A stretch of 63,817 bases of DNA, filler included, from Reticulomyxa filosa (GCA_000512085.1; 20 parts of 20 records of this genome joined end to end with filler, not necessarily neighbours in it), one strand, 5' to 3'. Counted from the whole stretch's first letter, positions 1 through 12,935 are shown. Notes: generated from the sequence alone by a model not told the origin. Program-made: numbers and translations.

Positions 1-300
1 CAAGAAAAACAAAATGAACAAGAAGGTAACAAGATACAGGAAGAACAAAAATACCAAGAAATACCAAAACAAGACAAAAATGAGCAAGATAAAGGCCAAA
101 AACAAGACGTTGAACAAACATTGATCCAAGCATTGGATTCAGACGAAAATGGCCTGGCTCAAGTTCCGTCATCTGTAGATGAAGTTATTGTAAATACTAT
201 GCCAAGAACTGACAATGTGAGTGAAAACAATGGCGACATCGATATAGTTATCGACGACATTTCTAAACTATCTGGTGAAGGAGAAAAATTTCAAGAATAA
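1..300 (+). CDS. 3' end of a hypothetical Q/E/K-rich protein (5'-partial)
   Basis: Frame +1 is open from base 1 (QEKQNEQEGNKIQEEQ...SGEGEKFQE) to TAA at 298-300, followed by AT-rich non-coding DNA. Confidence 0.6.
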   Translation, partial: QEKQNEQEGNKIQEEQKYQEIPKQDKNEQDKGQKQDVEQTLIQALDSDENGLAQVPSSVDEVIVNTMPRTDNVSENNGDIDIVIDDISKLSGEGEKFQE

Positions 301-1281
301 AGTAGTTTGATGCAAATTTTTTGTAGCCTTTGTTAGAAATGAGAGTTCTTGTTTTTTCTCTCATGTTGTTGTTTTTTTGCATTCGAAAAACCTTTGTTCA
401 AAGTTAATTTCATTCAGATGAACTAAATGTCGATTTTTGTTGAAAAGAAGAAAAAATAAACTCTTGTTACGCAACAAATCCAAAAATGTTGATCCAAAAA
501 TGTGCGTATCTTTAATTTTTAATTTTATCATAATTAAATGATACTAGATAAAATATATAATTGAACAAACAAAAAAGAAGAAAATTATTTCAATCGTCTA
601 TGTCAATTTTTTTTTTTAATTGTTTGTTATTTATTCTGAACACAAAACTTCAAAAATTACAAAAATCAATTTTAATTTAAAAAATTATTCTAATTGTTTG
701 TTAAATATTTTTACTAGTTAACAATGTGACAACTATTTGTCTTTTGTATTATAACTTTAGCAAAAGTTTTAATTATTTGCCAACTGTTATTGTACAAAAA
801 ATAGTTTATATGATATATGGACTCCTTTCAGCTAGCTTGACTTATATGACTTCGTTGACTTTCTAAGAAGTAAAAAAATGACTTCATACTCTTTGAAAAA
901 ATAAAAAGAGACATGACGATTATAGATAAAAAAAATTAAAAAATGGAACTGGACCTCCCTTTAGGAAATTTTTTGGTTCGGCAGTTTTGCCACACATTTT
1001 CATATTCATTTCTTCTATTTATTTAATGTTAAACTTGCAAAATTGTTAAGTTTGTGAATTCCTTTATCTTTATTTTTTACCTTTTTTTTGTTATTCGTTC
1101 TGACATTAAAACTTTAGTTATGTTAATGGATTTTTAAGTGGTCGAACTAATTGTCATAAGTTGCAGAAATTGACACAAACATCATTTAATTTGATAGATA
1201 CAAATGCTGACAATGTCTGGTTAACACGTTACCAGCTTCAGAAGCTGATAAAATAACTGAGACACACAAAAATACAAACTT

Positions 1282-1961
1282 TCAAAAGGAATATATTTCA
1301 GCAACAAGAACCCATCCACATATAAAAGTGCTACAAGTGGTGGCAATCACAGCCATTTTCGAAAACTCCCAGTGATGGACTTCGATATTTTTATCTTTTA
1401 AAAGCTGTGCCCACATAATGCCTGCCAAAGCTCCAATTAAAGTGACATTAGCGCCATAGTTACTTCCCAAAATGACCGCATACATTGCTCCGTTCAACTG
1501 TTTGGGAGAGAGCTGATGGTGGTCACGCATGATAAGTAAAACCCTCGTGAACAATATGGCCATGGGTTGATTGTTGATGACATTGCATGCAAGCAAGGAA
1601 GAGAACAAGAAGATGAAGATAGCACCAATGATACTATCTCCACATAAATGCATGAAAATATGAGCCAGTTTGTCAATCCATTGATTCACGACGAGTGCCT
1701 GCACCAAAACAAACATCGGGATCGTGAACGGAATGACCTTCCAAGGAAGGGCCGGAAACACTTTGAAACAAGCATAAGAATTCATCCAAAAACTGACTTT
1801 TTGGCCCCACATTGCAAATATGTCATTGTCTGTTATTACAATTCCATCTTCATTACTTGCTATTTCGGACTCATTTTTTGTTTTTGTTTCCAATTGGACT
1901 TTGTCTTTGTTTTTATCTGTTGTTTCATCTGTGATCTCCACCTTCACTCCTTTTTCCTTCA
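1282..1961 (-). CDS. ArsB/NhaD-like (IT superfamily) membrane transporter, C-terminal half (5'-partial)
   Basis: Several TM helices with the motifs PFTIPMFVLVQAL, ACNVINNQPMAILF and LGSNYGANVTLIGALAGIMW, typical of ArsB-type permeases. The frame stays open to the contig end at 1961. Confidence 0.8.
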
Positions 1962-2061
1962 NNNNNNNNNNNNNNNNNNNNNNNNNNNNNNNNNNNNNNN
2001 NNNNNTTAATTAATTAANNNNNNNNNNNNNNNNNNNNNNNNNNNNNNNNNNNNNNNNNNNN
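1962..2061. other. Artificial contig-joining linker (N44-TTAATTAATTAA-N44); first of 19
   Basis: Identical 100-nt linkers start at 1962, 3252, 5332, 6432, 8264, 10401, 16304, 18465, 23926, 26157, 27330, 28691, 30936, 33445, 34545, 37965, 43931, 50028 and 60695. Confidence 0.99.
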
Positions 2062-2964
2062 AAAGGTTTTTGCATTTCTTCAAATCTAAAATTTTTTAAA
2101 TCTCCACCACTTGAATAACTTCCACAATCAGAATATTTTTGTGCATATTCAGCAAATGTTTTTTCAGGGTAGAGAACCTGGAGCGGAAAAGCACGTTTTA
2201 AGAAAGTAAGAAGGCGTTTTTGAAACTTAAATTAAAAACGAAACGACTTTGTATTTTGGAGTCATACTGACTCCATTGTGACGTAAGTGGTCTCACTACA
2301 ATACCAAAAATGATAATTGAATTATTAAATCGAGAGATAATTAAATAATTAGAATTTTTCAATTCATACTATTTTGTGTTTTCTCACTTTTCACTTCATA
2401 TGTAGAAAAACTTTGGGGAATATGTTATCTTCAAGTTGGTGGGAGTTTGAATCCTCAATGTATTTGAATAATATGATATCAACGACTCGTCTCATCTTCT
2501 CCACTTTTGTATTTTTTTTTTTACAATATTCTCTTTGTTGCTCCAGAAAGTTATCATCCTGTAGTTAATAAAGGAAACTTTTCGACTACAAAAAGATTAT
2601 TCATTTTAAGATGAAAGCATTTTCAGCATGACATTAATTATAATGTCAAATGTTATTGTTTTTTTTTTAGTCAATAGGACAAACAAATTTTCAATTGGTT
2701 TTGAACGTATTTGTTATATAGATCGAAAATATTTATTGACGAAAATAAAAACGTCATAATTGCCTCTTTGAACTCTTGCAACTACTTTCGTATAGGAAAT
2801 TTCGTCAGCTATTCGGGAAGATAAATTTTATCCTTGCAAACTTTGAAAACAAGGATTAAAATAAATGATGTAACATAAAAAAATAAAAAAACTGGAACTA
2901 GACCCTTTTTAGATAACTCTTCGATTCATTCATAATTTTATTTTTTATTTATTTTATATTTGAA

Positions 2965-3120
2965 ATAAATAATTTGTGTTATGGTTTAGTCAAAGGTCCC
3001 ATTGTATTTGGGGATAATTTACTTTGTCGAATAAGAAATACAAGCATTTTTGTTTGAAATGTTTGATTAAAAGAAAAGTAAGTTGATATTAATTTGATTT
3101 GATTGAATGCAAGCATTGAA
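2965..3120 (+). pseudogene. Orphan 3' terminus plus 3' flank of a WD40-family gene
   Basis: AATTTGTGTTATGGT...GGTCCCATT...TTTGGGGATAATTTACTTT and about 100 nt downstream align by eye with the WD40 gene end and 3' flank at 28975-29125. No upstream WD40 coding sequence is present. Confidence 0.7.
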
Positions 3121-3421
3121 TGATGCGTTTTATTTTACTTTGTTGTTTAAAAAATTGAAAACTGCGTTCAATGTTTTTTGAAGAATTGAAAATCATAATA
3201 AAAATTGTATCCAAATATCAAAATAAATTGCAAAAGATTTTAAGTATTGATNNNNNNNNNNNNNNNNNNNNNNNNNNNNNNNNNNNNNNNNNNNNTTAAT
3301 TAATTAANNNNNNNNNNNNNNNNNNNNNNNNNNNNNNNNNNNNNNNNNNNNAGGCATTTGCACTTGCACGATGGGGATTAATGTTGACAGCAACAGTACA
3401 AACAATAAATGAGATTTGTAA

Positions 3422-5331
3422 CTACTGTTTTACAGCAAAGATTTCCAAAGAGTAAATGGAAAAATATTCTACAGAAGTAAGCGGAGGACTATTAAAGGTA
3501 GCACATTGTACAGTTCTGCCCAAATTGAAATCGGCATCAAAGTACAAAGCAGGACATTCACCCGTGCCCACAGTGATAGAGGACATATCAGAGCGCAAGA
3601 AGAAGTTTTGAAGTCCGCAAGATTTGTAAACGCGAAGATATTTGTCTTTGTCAAAGTAGAAAACAAAGCAATCAATGGAGCCACGATAATCGGTGCAATT
3701 GATCCATGGAGCGTCGACAAAGGCTCCAAATACATGACCGTGTTTGTCCTTGATTAAAAGGATTGAGTCGGTGACATCAGCACATTGATCATAGAAAGTG
3801 TTGATACTAATGCCATCTCTTTGAGTGGAATAGACGAGTTTCCAGTTCCACAAATCGACGCGATAAGGACAATTCATGAGGATTTCCTTGAATTGTAGAG
3901 ACTCCAAAATGGAGGAAGGTTCAAGATTGGAGTGAATGAGAGCAATAGTTTCCTCGCGAGTGTTTTGCAAACATTGATTCAATTCGTCCAAATATTTGCA
4001 CTCTTTTTTATCTTTGGCCTCAAATAAGAATACAATGTCGTTTCGAGTGACGACTTTGAGAAGATGCATTTGTGGAGAAAGCAAAGACCTCGTCTCGAGT
4101 TCGTCTGTTTTTTGAGTGTATTCGATTTTGAAAATTTCTCGCACCAACTCAATGAGAATGACAACGTCATTGGACTGCGTGGAGACATCCATCGACGACT
4201 TGCTCGCCGTCGGACAAGACAGCATATAGTGGTCGTCGTCGTCGTCGTCGTCATCATTTTCGCTATCACTCTTTGTCTCAATGACGGGGATAAACATCAA
4301 GTGCGTATTAGTCACACGAAGAAGTCCCGGTTTGTCAAGAAATTGGTCTCTTCGAATCACCGAGCAGGTTGCATCGTTGGATAGGCTTTGTTGTGATCGA
4401 GATTGCGATCGTGATTGTGACCGTGATGGCAATAGCGATCGTGATCGAAAAAATGACTGTGATTGAGATTGAGATTGAGATTGAGATTGAAGTTTAGATT
4501 GAGATTTAGATTGTAATCGTGAATGTGACAACTCGTTGTCAAAACTCGAACTTCGTCGTTTAGCTTTCTTCTTTTCCAAAGACGTCAAAGTCTGCGACAA
4601 CTCCAATTGCTTGGACTTTAACGTGCCAGTATTGCGCTGCAACTCTTTCAACTTGCTACATACCATTTTCTCCTTTTCCAACGTCTTTTTCAATTGCTGC
4701 GAAGAGTGCAGCTTTTTTACAGCCAACGTGTTGGACGTGTGTTTGATCGAACGGATGGCCTCGTGCCAATTGTGCAAATTCCTTTGGATTTCCTCCTGCG
4801 CGTTAATGTATTGAGCCATTTGCACGTCCAATTGATACATTGCTTCGCCCAATGCTTCCTTTTGTGACAAGCATGAATCCTTTGAATCCGCCAATAACTT
4901 TAATGTCTGTTGTTGTTCCCTTATCATTTCCTTTGTTCGCATTACTTCCTTTTCTTTTGCCAATTTTTCCAATAATATTTTGCCTAATGACGCATGCTTG
5001 CATTCAATATCATATTCACAATTTGTCAATGATGTCTGCCATTCTTGCATATCCAATCCAATTTCTGTTATTATAGAGTCCAATCCTGTCAAATGAACAT
5101 CTTTTTCCTCATTATTGCTCTGCTGAAATGACGGTAACATCGCTTTGATCTCATTGCGATTAGTCATTTGCTCGCCTATTTTCTGAGTCAGATTTTCATA
5201 CTCTTGCTTCACTTTACTCAACTCATCGCTTTTTTGCTGCAGACCTTCTTCCAAACTGGGAATTTTCGATAGTGTCATTTCTTTCGTCTCTGCAATACTC
5301 TTCAAATTCGTTTCTATGCTTTTCAATTTTT
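3422..5331 (-). CDS. OXR1/NCOA7-like TLDc-domain protein with N-terminal coiled coil (5'-partial)
   Basis: Coiled coil, then an SQ/SR low-complexity tract, a GRAM/PH-like segment (PGLLRVTNTHLMFIP) and a C-terminal TLDc domain (WKLVYSTQRDGISINTFY, GHVFGAF, CATFNSPPL, LEIF). Confidence 0.9.
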
Positions 5332-5531
5332 NNNNNNNNNNNNNNNNNNNNNNNNNNNNNNNNNNNNNNNNNNNNTTAATTAATTAANNNNNNNNNNNNN
5401 NNNNNNNNNNNNNNNNNNNNNNNNNNNNNNNAAAAAAAAAAAAAAGAATAAAACACATGCAAAAGAACAATTTCGAACACTTGAAAGTTAGGATGGAAAA
5501 ATTCAAAAGCTGAGGTGTTGTTTGTTGGCAG

Positions 5532-6431
5532 GGCATATGGTATGGGCTAGAGTTGGATGAACAAAATGGGGCAAACAATGGGACTGTGAAAAATAAGTAT
5601 TATTTTGAGTGTCGTGAGAATTATGGACTGTTTGTTTTGGCTCAAAAAACAAGTTTTGTGAATGGAAAAAAAAAAAGTGAGATTGTACACAACACGTAAG
5701 TTTGATTTTTTTTTTTTTTTTTAAGTCGATGTTTGAGTTGTAACATTTGTGTTGTTTATTAGTTGCTTGGAGGGGGGGACATTGATATTTTTTTAAAAAA
5801 ATGACAAAGGAACAAGCATTATCGGCTCAATGGAACGCTTTATAATGCCAGTGTTTTCGGATGAAAGAAACAGAATCTCATCGTCTTCAAAGAGCGAGAC
5901 GAATATCAAGAACAATGATCATAGCGAACAACTGAATCATTCTTTTTCAATTGGCACCGCCGGCAATGGCATGACAGTGGAAAGTGCAAGTGCAGATTGG
6001 AGAAGCACTAACAAAGACAAAAGCAAAAGACAAGTGGAAAATATAGCTGGCGTTGTTGATGCCAATGGTACTAAAGACGACAATAACAACAATAATAATA
6101 AAGAGACGAAACAGGGGATACGTGTTGAAGAAAGACAATACAATACAGTACAAGGATTGTCTGTCGAATCCAGACAGAATGATAATACAGTAGTGAACGC
6201 AACTGACAATGAGAGGAAAAGTGAACAAGAACAGGAACGAGAAGTATCAAAAGAAAAAGGAGAAGAAAGAAAAGGAGAGGAAGAAAAAGAAACAGAAACA
6301 GAAACAGAAACAGACCAAGACAAGGACAAGGACAAGGATAAAGACAAAGAGAAGGAAGAGGAAGGAGGAAACACAAAATTGAGTAGTTACAAAACAAATA
6401 ACAACTCCGCAATTGACGACGAGATGGTGAA
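5532..6431 (+). CDS. CAP-Gly domain protein, internal exons (partial at both ends)
   Basis: Exon 5532-5695 (after CAG, before GTAAG) reads GIWYGLELDEQNGANNGTVKNKYYFECRENYGLFV, a CAP-Gly motif. It probably splices at about 5817 into the charged low-complexity ORF 5830-6431. Confidence 0.75.
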
Positions 6432-7533
6432 NNNNNNNNNNNNNNNNNNNNNNNNNNNNNNNNNNNNNNNNNNNNTTAATTAATTAANNNNNNNNNNNNN
6501 NNNNNNNNNNNNNNNNNNNNNNNNNNNNNNNTGCGTTCGACAAGTGCTGGTAACAAAACTTTCTGCAACACTTGAATCATCTAACCTTTCTGAATTTAGG
6601 CAATATGAAATGTATTGCTCCTCTTCAAACTTGTGAATATAAACTTTGAAGTTTCTTCATTTCATTCTAAAGGGGTTGCTCTTTATTTTTTTTCTGCGTT
6701 TTTGAAAAAAAATATCAAGTTTAATGTTCATATCAAATTTTCATTATATTCAAGCAAAATAAATAATTTTTTTAATAAAAAAAAATATTGAAAGTGAAAA
6801 AATTTAATTAAAAAAATGTAAAATTTTCAGAAAAATGCGTCGTTGAGTTAGCCCACAAATGACCACTAAGTTGGATCATTTATGAGCAACTGAGACACTA
6901 AATTCAGCCCACATAAGCGGTGCGCATGTATAGAGATGCAAGAAAGATAGCTCAGCTAACGAAAACGTACAAGAAATTTGAGGATAAAAAAGAATGTTTT
7001 ATTTTATGAGTTGAGTTATTACAACTCTGGAGTCTGTTATGACTCATGTATCACTACACGCATGCCGACCACTATGTCTATCCCGAACTGCAGAAACAAA
7101 CATGACTAGTACATTTGTTTAAGCAGGCAGTACCTAATTGCATTATTGTCCTAACTTGTACTATACTTATTTATTTTTATTATATCAAAATTCTTATTTT
7201 ATTTTTTGAATTTTTTATTCAAAAATATTGCTATTTATTCATTTAACTATTTGAATATATCATTTACAGAAATATTTGCGAAATGAAAGATAGACATTTT
7301 TGTTAATTTGAAAATTAAAATTTAGATTTTTATAATTGATAAAAATTAAATTAATTAGATAATAAAAAATGTTACAATTTATTTTTAAAAAAATCATTAT
7401 TGAAAGACCATTATTTAAAAATCACACTTGTAAATATTTAAAGAAAATGTGACGGCTAGGAACACAAGGGGAACATTTTTCTGCCTGAAAGTTTTTTTTG
7501 ATCTGTTCGCATAACTCTATTTGTCCATCAACT

Positions 7534-7945
7534 ATGAGTAACGGCTTTGAGACGGCAAACAATGAGAAAACTTTGGGCGAAGTAAGAACTTAACATATAC
7601 ATTATATTGTGTTGTAGATACCATGTCATTGTGTTCTGGATCTTTGCGTGGTTTGGAACACAATATAGTTGATAGACCTGTTCTGTCACCGCCAAAGTCA
7701 TTACATGGATCAAATGACAGTACTGATGGAAAATTACTTGATTCCATTTCGAAAAGAAGAGATACTGTTGGGGAAAGACTGCGCTATTCTTTTCAGGAAC
7801 ATTGACAAGATAGCAGAATTTGAGAGAGGCTTTCGTGAGCAATTGAAAAAAAACGTCAAACAAAAAGCTGACATTGCAATCAAGTACATCAATTTTTCAA
7901 AATTGCTGACACAATGGTCAAAAAATTTGGGAATATATTTAAAGT
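7534..7945 (+). CDS. RhoGEF (DH)-like domain protein, 5' part
   Basis: Exon 7534-7581 (MSNGFETANNEKTLGE|GTAAG) joins in phase 0 to 7669: LIDLFCHRQSHYMDQMTVLMENYLIPFRKEEILLGKDCAILFRNIDKIAEFERGF. This resembles the first DH-domain helices. The 3' boundary is uncertain. Confidence 0.55.
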
Positions 7946-8469
7946 TAAACGACAAACGAAAAAAAGTGGGGGGGGGGGGGAGATACAATTTCTGAATTTT
8001 TCCCAGAACGTTTTTTTATTCTTTTCCAAATTTGCGTGGCATTTTTTCCACGTGCACACTGCATGTGCGTAACCAAACAAACTAATGTGCATTATAACAT
8101 AAAAAGCTACTTGAAGGGACAAAAGCAAGCAATGGAAGTATATCAACATCAATGCAAGATGAACTCAAAGGTATTATGCACAAAGGCAACGAAGAATAAA
8201 ACAGAATAAAAAATAAAGCAAAAAAAAAAAAAAAAAAAAACAAATATCACCAAACACACACACNNNNNNNNNNNNNNNNNNNNNNNNNNNNNNNNNNNNN
8301 NNNNNNNTTAATTAATTAANNNNNNNNNNNNNNNNNNNNNNNNNNNNNNNNNNNNNNNNNNNNAAAATTCAATATTTTGCTTTTTTTTTTTTTAAAAAAA
8401 AAAAAAAAAAGACATTGATGGTGGTATATTTGTGCGGAAACGTGTGATCAAATGGCAATCGACGAAGAC

Positions 8470-8724
8470 GTGTTTAAAATACAGGGTAAGAGGTCGAGTG
8501 AAATTGAGCCTTGGACATCACGGGCATATAAAATATATTGAAGAAATAGATGGAGGAGAAATCTATGGCATCAAGACCGGCGTGTGGACCAGAGAACCAA
8601 TAAACGCCGAAGTGGGACGAACAAGGCGCTTCAGTGTAATACACGGACATAGCATAACTCGCTCACAGCTTCAACATTGCAGCCAATTCGCTGTCCGAGT
8701 TCGACCAAGACAGCAACGCAGCTT

Positions 8725-8760
<36 letters not shown>

Positions 8761-10110
8761 CCAAAATGGACAGAATCCAAGGTGCTAGTTGTCATTTTTC
8801 TTCAAGTGTGTAAAACTGTGCAATTGACCAATGACATGGCGGCTACGATCCGTTTCATCTGAATCAACGCATTTCGCGACAGACAAGCAGATAGGTGTGG
8901 AGTGGGGCAAGCACGGTGGCGCGCACAAAGGAATACGCTACTCTACATGTCGACCAAAGCGAGGATTATTTGTGGAAAAAAAGAAAAATGTCGCCACAAC
9001 GGTGAGCCGAGTCGCCAATATTTGAAACGACGATGTCCAGAATGTGAAGGCTGATTTTGAAGTTGCGACACCCTCCTGGAGCTTACAAAGGAATCCGCAT
9101 TGTGTGTGTGTATGACCACAGCTTATCGTCATTGAAGCAAATTCATCCAACAAGGTTGGTTTTTTCAATACTCAAAATGTGAAAAGTCGATTTGTAATTT
9201 GGATTGCATATCAAAACTACATTCGTCGATGATAATCACAAAGAGGATATCCACGACCTTCGAGCTCGGTATCGTCCAGGTGAACAAGCAATGGATCTCT
9301 CTGGTGAAATCGACATTGAAGGTGCGGGTATCCAAACTGTTTCAACAAGATCAAGAATGCTGATCACGACATTGAATGAAAAGACAAAACCCCCCTTTGG
9401 TCATGTTTGAGCGATTCCAAGAGGTCTGGGAAGAATTTTCACCCGACATTACAAAAGTATGATTGTAACCCAATGGAAGCTGCTGGACGATTGTGAGACA
9501 ATATCTAAGTGGAAATCTGAAGCATTCAAAAGAAGGCGCCGAGCGAACAAGGGAAACTCGATTGCCATCAAAAAAAATTGGCGCTAAGTTGATGGCGAGG
9601 AACAACAATCGAAATGCATACATTGATCGCTCGTGTCGAAACTGATTGTGTGCGTGCGCACATGCACAACTTTGGATTTTATATCATACGCGCGCGTGCG
9701 CTGATGAGAAGAATCATGAGCTCGTGAGACATTGGGCATTGATTATTGGTGAATAGATTGAGAGAAAGATAGATGTAGAAAAAGCTGTTGCACTTTTTGA
9801 CTCAAACAAGCGCCGATCATCTTTGCTTAACTGTCTCCGGGATCGAAGATTCAAAAATCGCTCCACCATTTGACAAAACAGGGTAATCAATCGCTTCAAT
9901 GTGTTGGGGGGCGCTGCTGGGTGGATACGTGGACAATGTCAGTGCCATAAGTCGATTGTATTATCCCCCTCCCAAAGACCTCGTCACTGTGGATACGAAC
10001 CGAACCACTCGAATTCAAGAAGTGGAAGGGTCTGTCATTGACAAGGCCGCCACGCAAAAAATGGTTCTAAGGGACGGGCCTTTCAATGATTTCTCCAAGT
10101 CCGTTCAATG
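8470..10110 (+). pseudogene. Decayed CAP-Gly x2 plus dynamin/Mx-like GTPase gene
   Basis: Degenerate CAP-Gly motifs (GHIKYIEEIDGGEIYGI; THFATDKQIGVEWGKHGGAHKGIRYSTCRPKRGLFV), then dynamin-like remnants (IRIVCVYDHS.SSL, SPDITKV*L, RETLG). Many stops and frameshifts. Confidence 0.55.
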
Positions 10111-10519
10111 ATTCAAAATAACGGAATGATTGATTGTGGTATTGTCATTGAAATCCAAGCGCGCACTCGAACAGCAAGAATTCAATTTATCACGTCACAA
10201 GGATTTACTGTTATTGCGCCCATTCCTCTTTCATGTCACCTGACGTTATAATTGTGACTGCCGTCCATTGCTTGAAAAAAGTATTTATATATATATATAC
10301 ATATTCAACACAACATCTTTATACGTATATTGACTATTTATTTGTATGTATGTGGCATATGTGTTGCTCGAAATTTTTTAATAGATATTTCAAGGTGTAA
10401 NNNNNNNNNNNNNNNNNNNNNNNNNNNNNNNNNNNNNNNNNNNNTTAATTAATTAANNNNNNNNNNNNNNNNNNNNNNNNNNNNNNNNNNNNNNNNNNNN
10501 AAAAAAAAAAAAAAAGAGA

Positions 10520-11290
10520 GAAAGTACTTGCTTTTGCTTGTCCAGAAGCTATTTTATCTTCTGTTTGTGATAACTTTTCCTTCAATTGTGCGAGGAAACA
10601 GAAACTATGCCTTTGAGACGTGTACGTGCATGTTATGCCAAACGTGTGTAAGTCAACTAGTAACAATATACATTCCAGAAAAGATCATGTTAACTTTTTA
10701 ATGTCTTATACCTGTCGACCTAAAAGAAAGTTAGATCTATTCAAAAAAATTTAAGTACAGATGAAGGAAAAAACGTCCACAAGGTCAAAAACAAAACTAC
10801 TTTTTACTTTTGGTAAAAAAACAATGACCCCTGTCTTTGTCATCTCACAACATACATTTATTTTGACTGTAAAAAAAATAATGGCAAACGTAAAAAAGCT
10901 AATCAAGAATTTCATTAATTTTTGAAAATCATTTCACCAATCTGAAGTTATCAAGTACAATATCAAATTTCTGACAAGTGCATTTTATTCGTTTTTGCTA
11001 AGAGTGAAACGCAGCTACTTTTGGTTTACTGAAATGAGAAAATTTTGAAATACATAGAAAAGACCGGACCAGGTTTATTTGAAACGGTTGATATGTCCAT
11101 ATTGCAGTACAGACTGCAGAAAAACAATTAGACGTTGCCATTTGGCATTTAAGTATGAGTCAAGCTTTAACACAGCTTCCCGTTTATCTTTGTCTTGATT
11201 TCCCAATTGCGGGAGTTCTAACTCTCCCCCTTTTGGGAAAGAAGAAACGGCTATTGAAAATATTTTGTTTATGTGAAAACAGTCGTTGAA
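10520..11290 (-). pseudogene. Possible decayed TFIIH p52 (Tfb2/GTF2H4) homolog
   Basis: Collinear fragments FHINKIF...GG...QLGNQDKDKREAVLKLDSYLNAKWQRL, LMKFLISFF and LLVDLHTFGI resemble GTF2H4 LNPIF...GG...[32 protein letters not shown] and FLQHLREFGL. Interrupted by stops; matched by eye only. Confidence 0.35.
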
Positions 11291-11554
11291 CATTATTTCA
11301 TCAAATGTTTTCATACGCATAAATAAAAAGTACAGCAAATACACTTTATTTCTATGAATTTTTTAAAATAATGATGTTGAAATGAAAGATTTCAAGTTTC
11401 ATCAAAATATTAAAAATAATATCTTTTACTTTGATTCAAAATTGCATTTTTATTGACGGAAGTTTTTTGAAACCCCTTCATTGTTTTTGAGATAAAGTTC
11501 AGCTTTTCAGCTTTTATCATTTAAAAAGATCCCAAGAGAAAAAAAGCTGAAAGA

Positions 11555-12935
11555 ATGTCTACTTTAAGAAATAAAAACAAAATGTCAATGCAACTGTCAT
11601 TGGTAAGCTTTTTTGAATCTTTCAGTAAACTAATTATCTTTTATTGTGTGTGATCTGTGATTGTGATGGAATCAGTCAGAAGAAGAAGAGATACAAAAAA
11701 TTATCCAACATTGGATTCGAATATTAAATATTAAATTAGGATGGATCCAAAATTTTGACAAGCTTGTTGTCAAATATGTTGAGTTTATTTGTTTATTCGA
11801 TAACAAATATTTATTTGTTCATGTTTATAATTTAATATAGGCAACTAATTTTTTCATGTTCGAGGTGTTTCATTTATCATCTAAATTACTAAAAGCATTC
11901 AGAGGACACAATATTCGAGTGAACAGCCTTGATTACTTTATATTTGATAATCGTCAATTCATTTGCTCTGGATCAAATGATAGAACCGTTTGTGTATGGA
12001 ATATAGAGACCAATAAAAAAGTTCAATCGTTTAATGGGCATTTAGATCATGTAACTTGTGTGAAATCTTCACAATACCATTGTTATAATAATCGTCGTGG
12101 TGTTATTTGTTCTTCGTCACTTGACAATACCATTCGTTTTTGGGATATCAAATATACTCAAGAATTGCAAGCATTCAACAAACATACTGCTGGAGTTTGT
12201 GGTATTGAATTTTCATCATTTAATGGTGGTAGATATTTGTGTTCTGGATCACGTGACAAAACAATTCGTTTATGGGATGTTGAAACCTCCAATTCACTAC
12301 ATATTATCAAAGGACATGAAAATGTTGTTTTGTGTGTTGATATTTCACCATTGCAAAGCAATAGCAATAATAATAATAATAATAAAAGTAATAGTATTGG
12401 TGTGATTGGTGGAAATGGATATACAGCTTGTTCTGGATCAGCTGATAAAACCATTCGAATATGGGACATTGAAACAACCAAACAATTAAATGTATTCAAA
12501 GGACATGAAGATTTTGTGAATAGTGTAAAATATGGGTCAAGTGAATTAGAAATGATTGGTGGTTCAAATACAATATTATCTGGGTCAAATGATCGCAGTG
12601 TTCGTTTATGGGATATTCGATCTAGTAAACAGATTCAATTATTCAATGGACATACAAATGCTGTGAATGCAGTTGAATATTCACAATTTGTAATAAAGAA
12701 TAGTAAAGTTGGATTCAATTCAAATGTGATATGTTCTGCGTCATCTGATTGTACAATTCAATTTTGGGATATTCGATCAAATAAGATGGAAATATATTCG
12801 ATCAAAAGAGGTCAAGGAATAATATCTCTTAAGTTTTTACAATTAAAAAAGAAAAGTAAAAGCAACAGTGATTTTGGTTATAGCATTAATATGTGTTATG
12901 GCTCAATGCATGGTCTTATTAGTGTTTGGGGTTGA
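11555..12935 (+). CDS. WD40-repeat protein (expanded family), 3 exons
   Basis: join(11555..11602,11676..11777,11841..12935), with phase-0 GT-AG introns. About 7 GH...WD repeats (ICSGSNDRTVCVWN, SGSRDKTIRLWD). Confidence 0.92.

Noticed and set aside
5937-6412. Hydrophobic antisense ORFs (also 16348-16674, 17436-17912, 51169-51492, 59824-60465)
   Set aside because: These are shadow frames of low-complexity K/E/N-rich coding sequence on the opposite strand.
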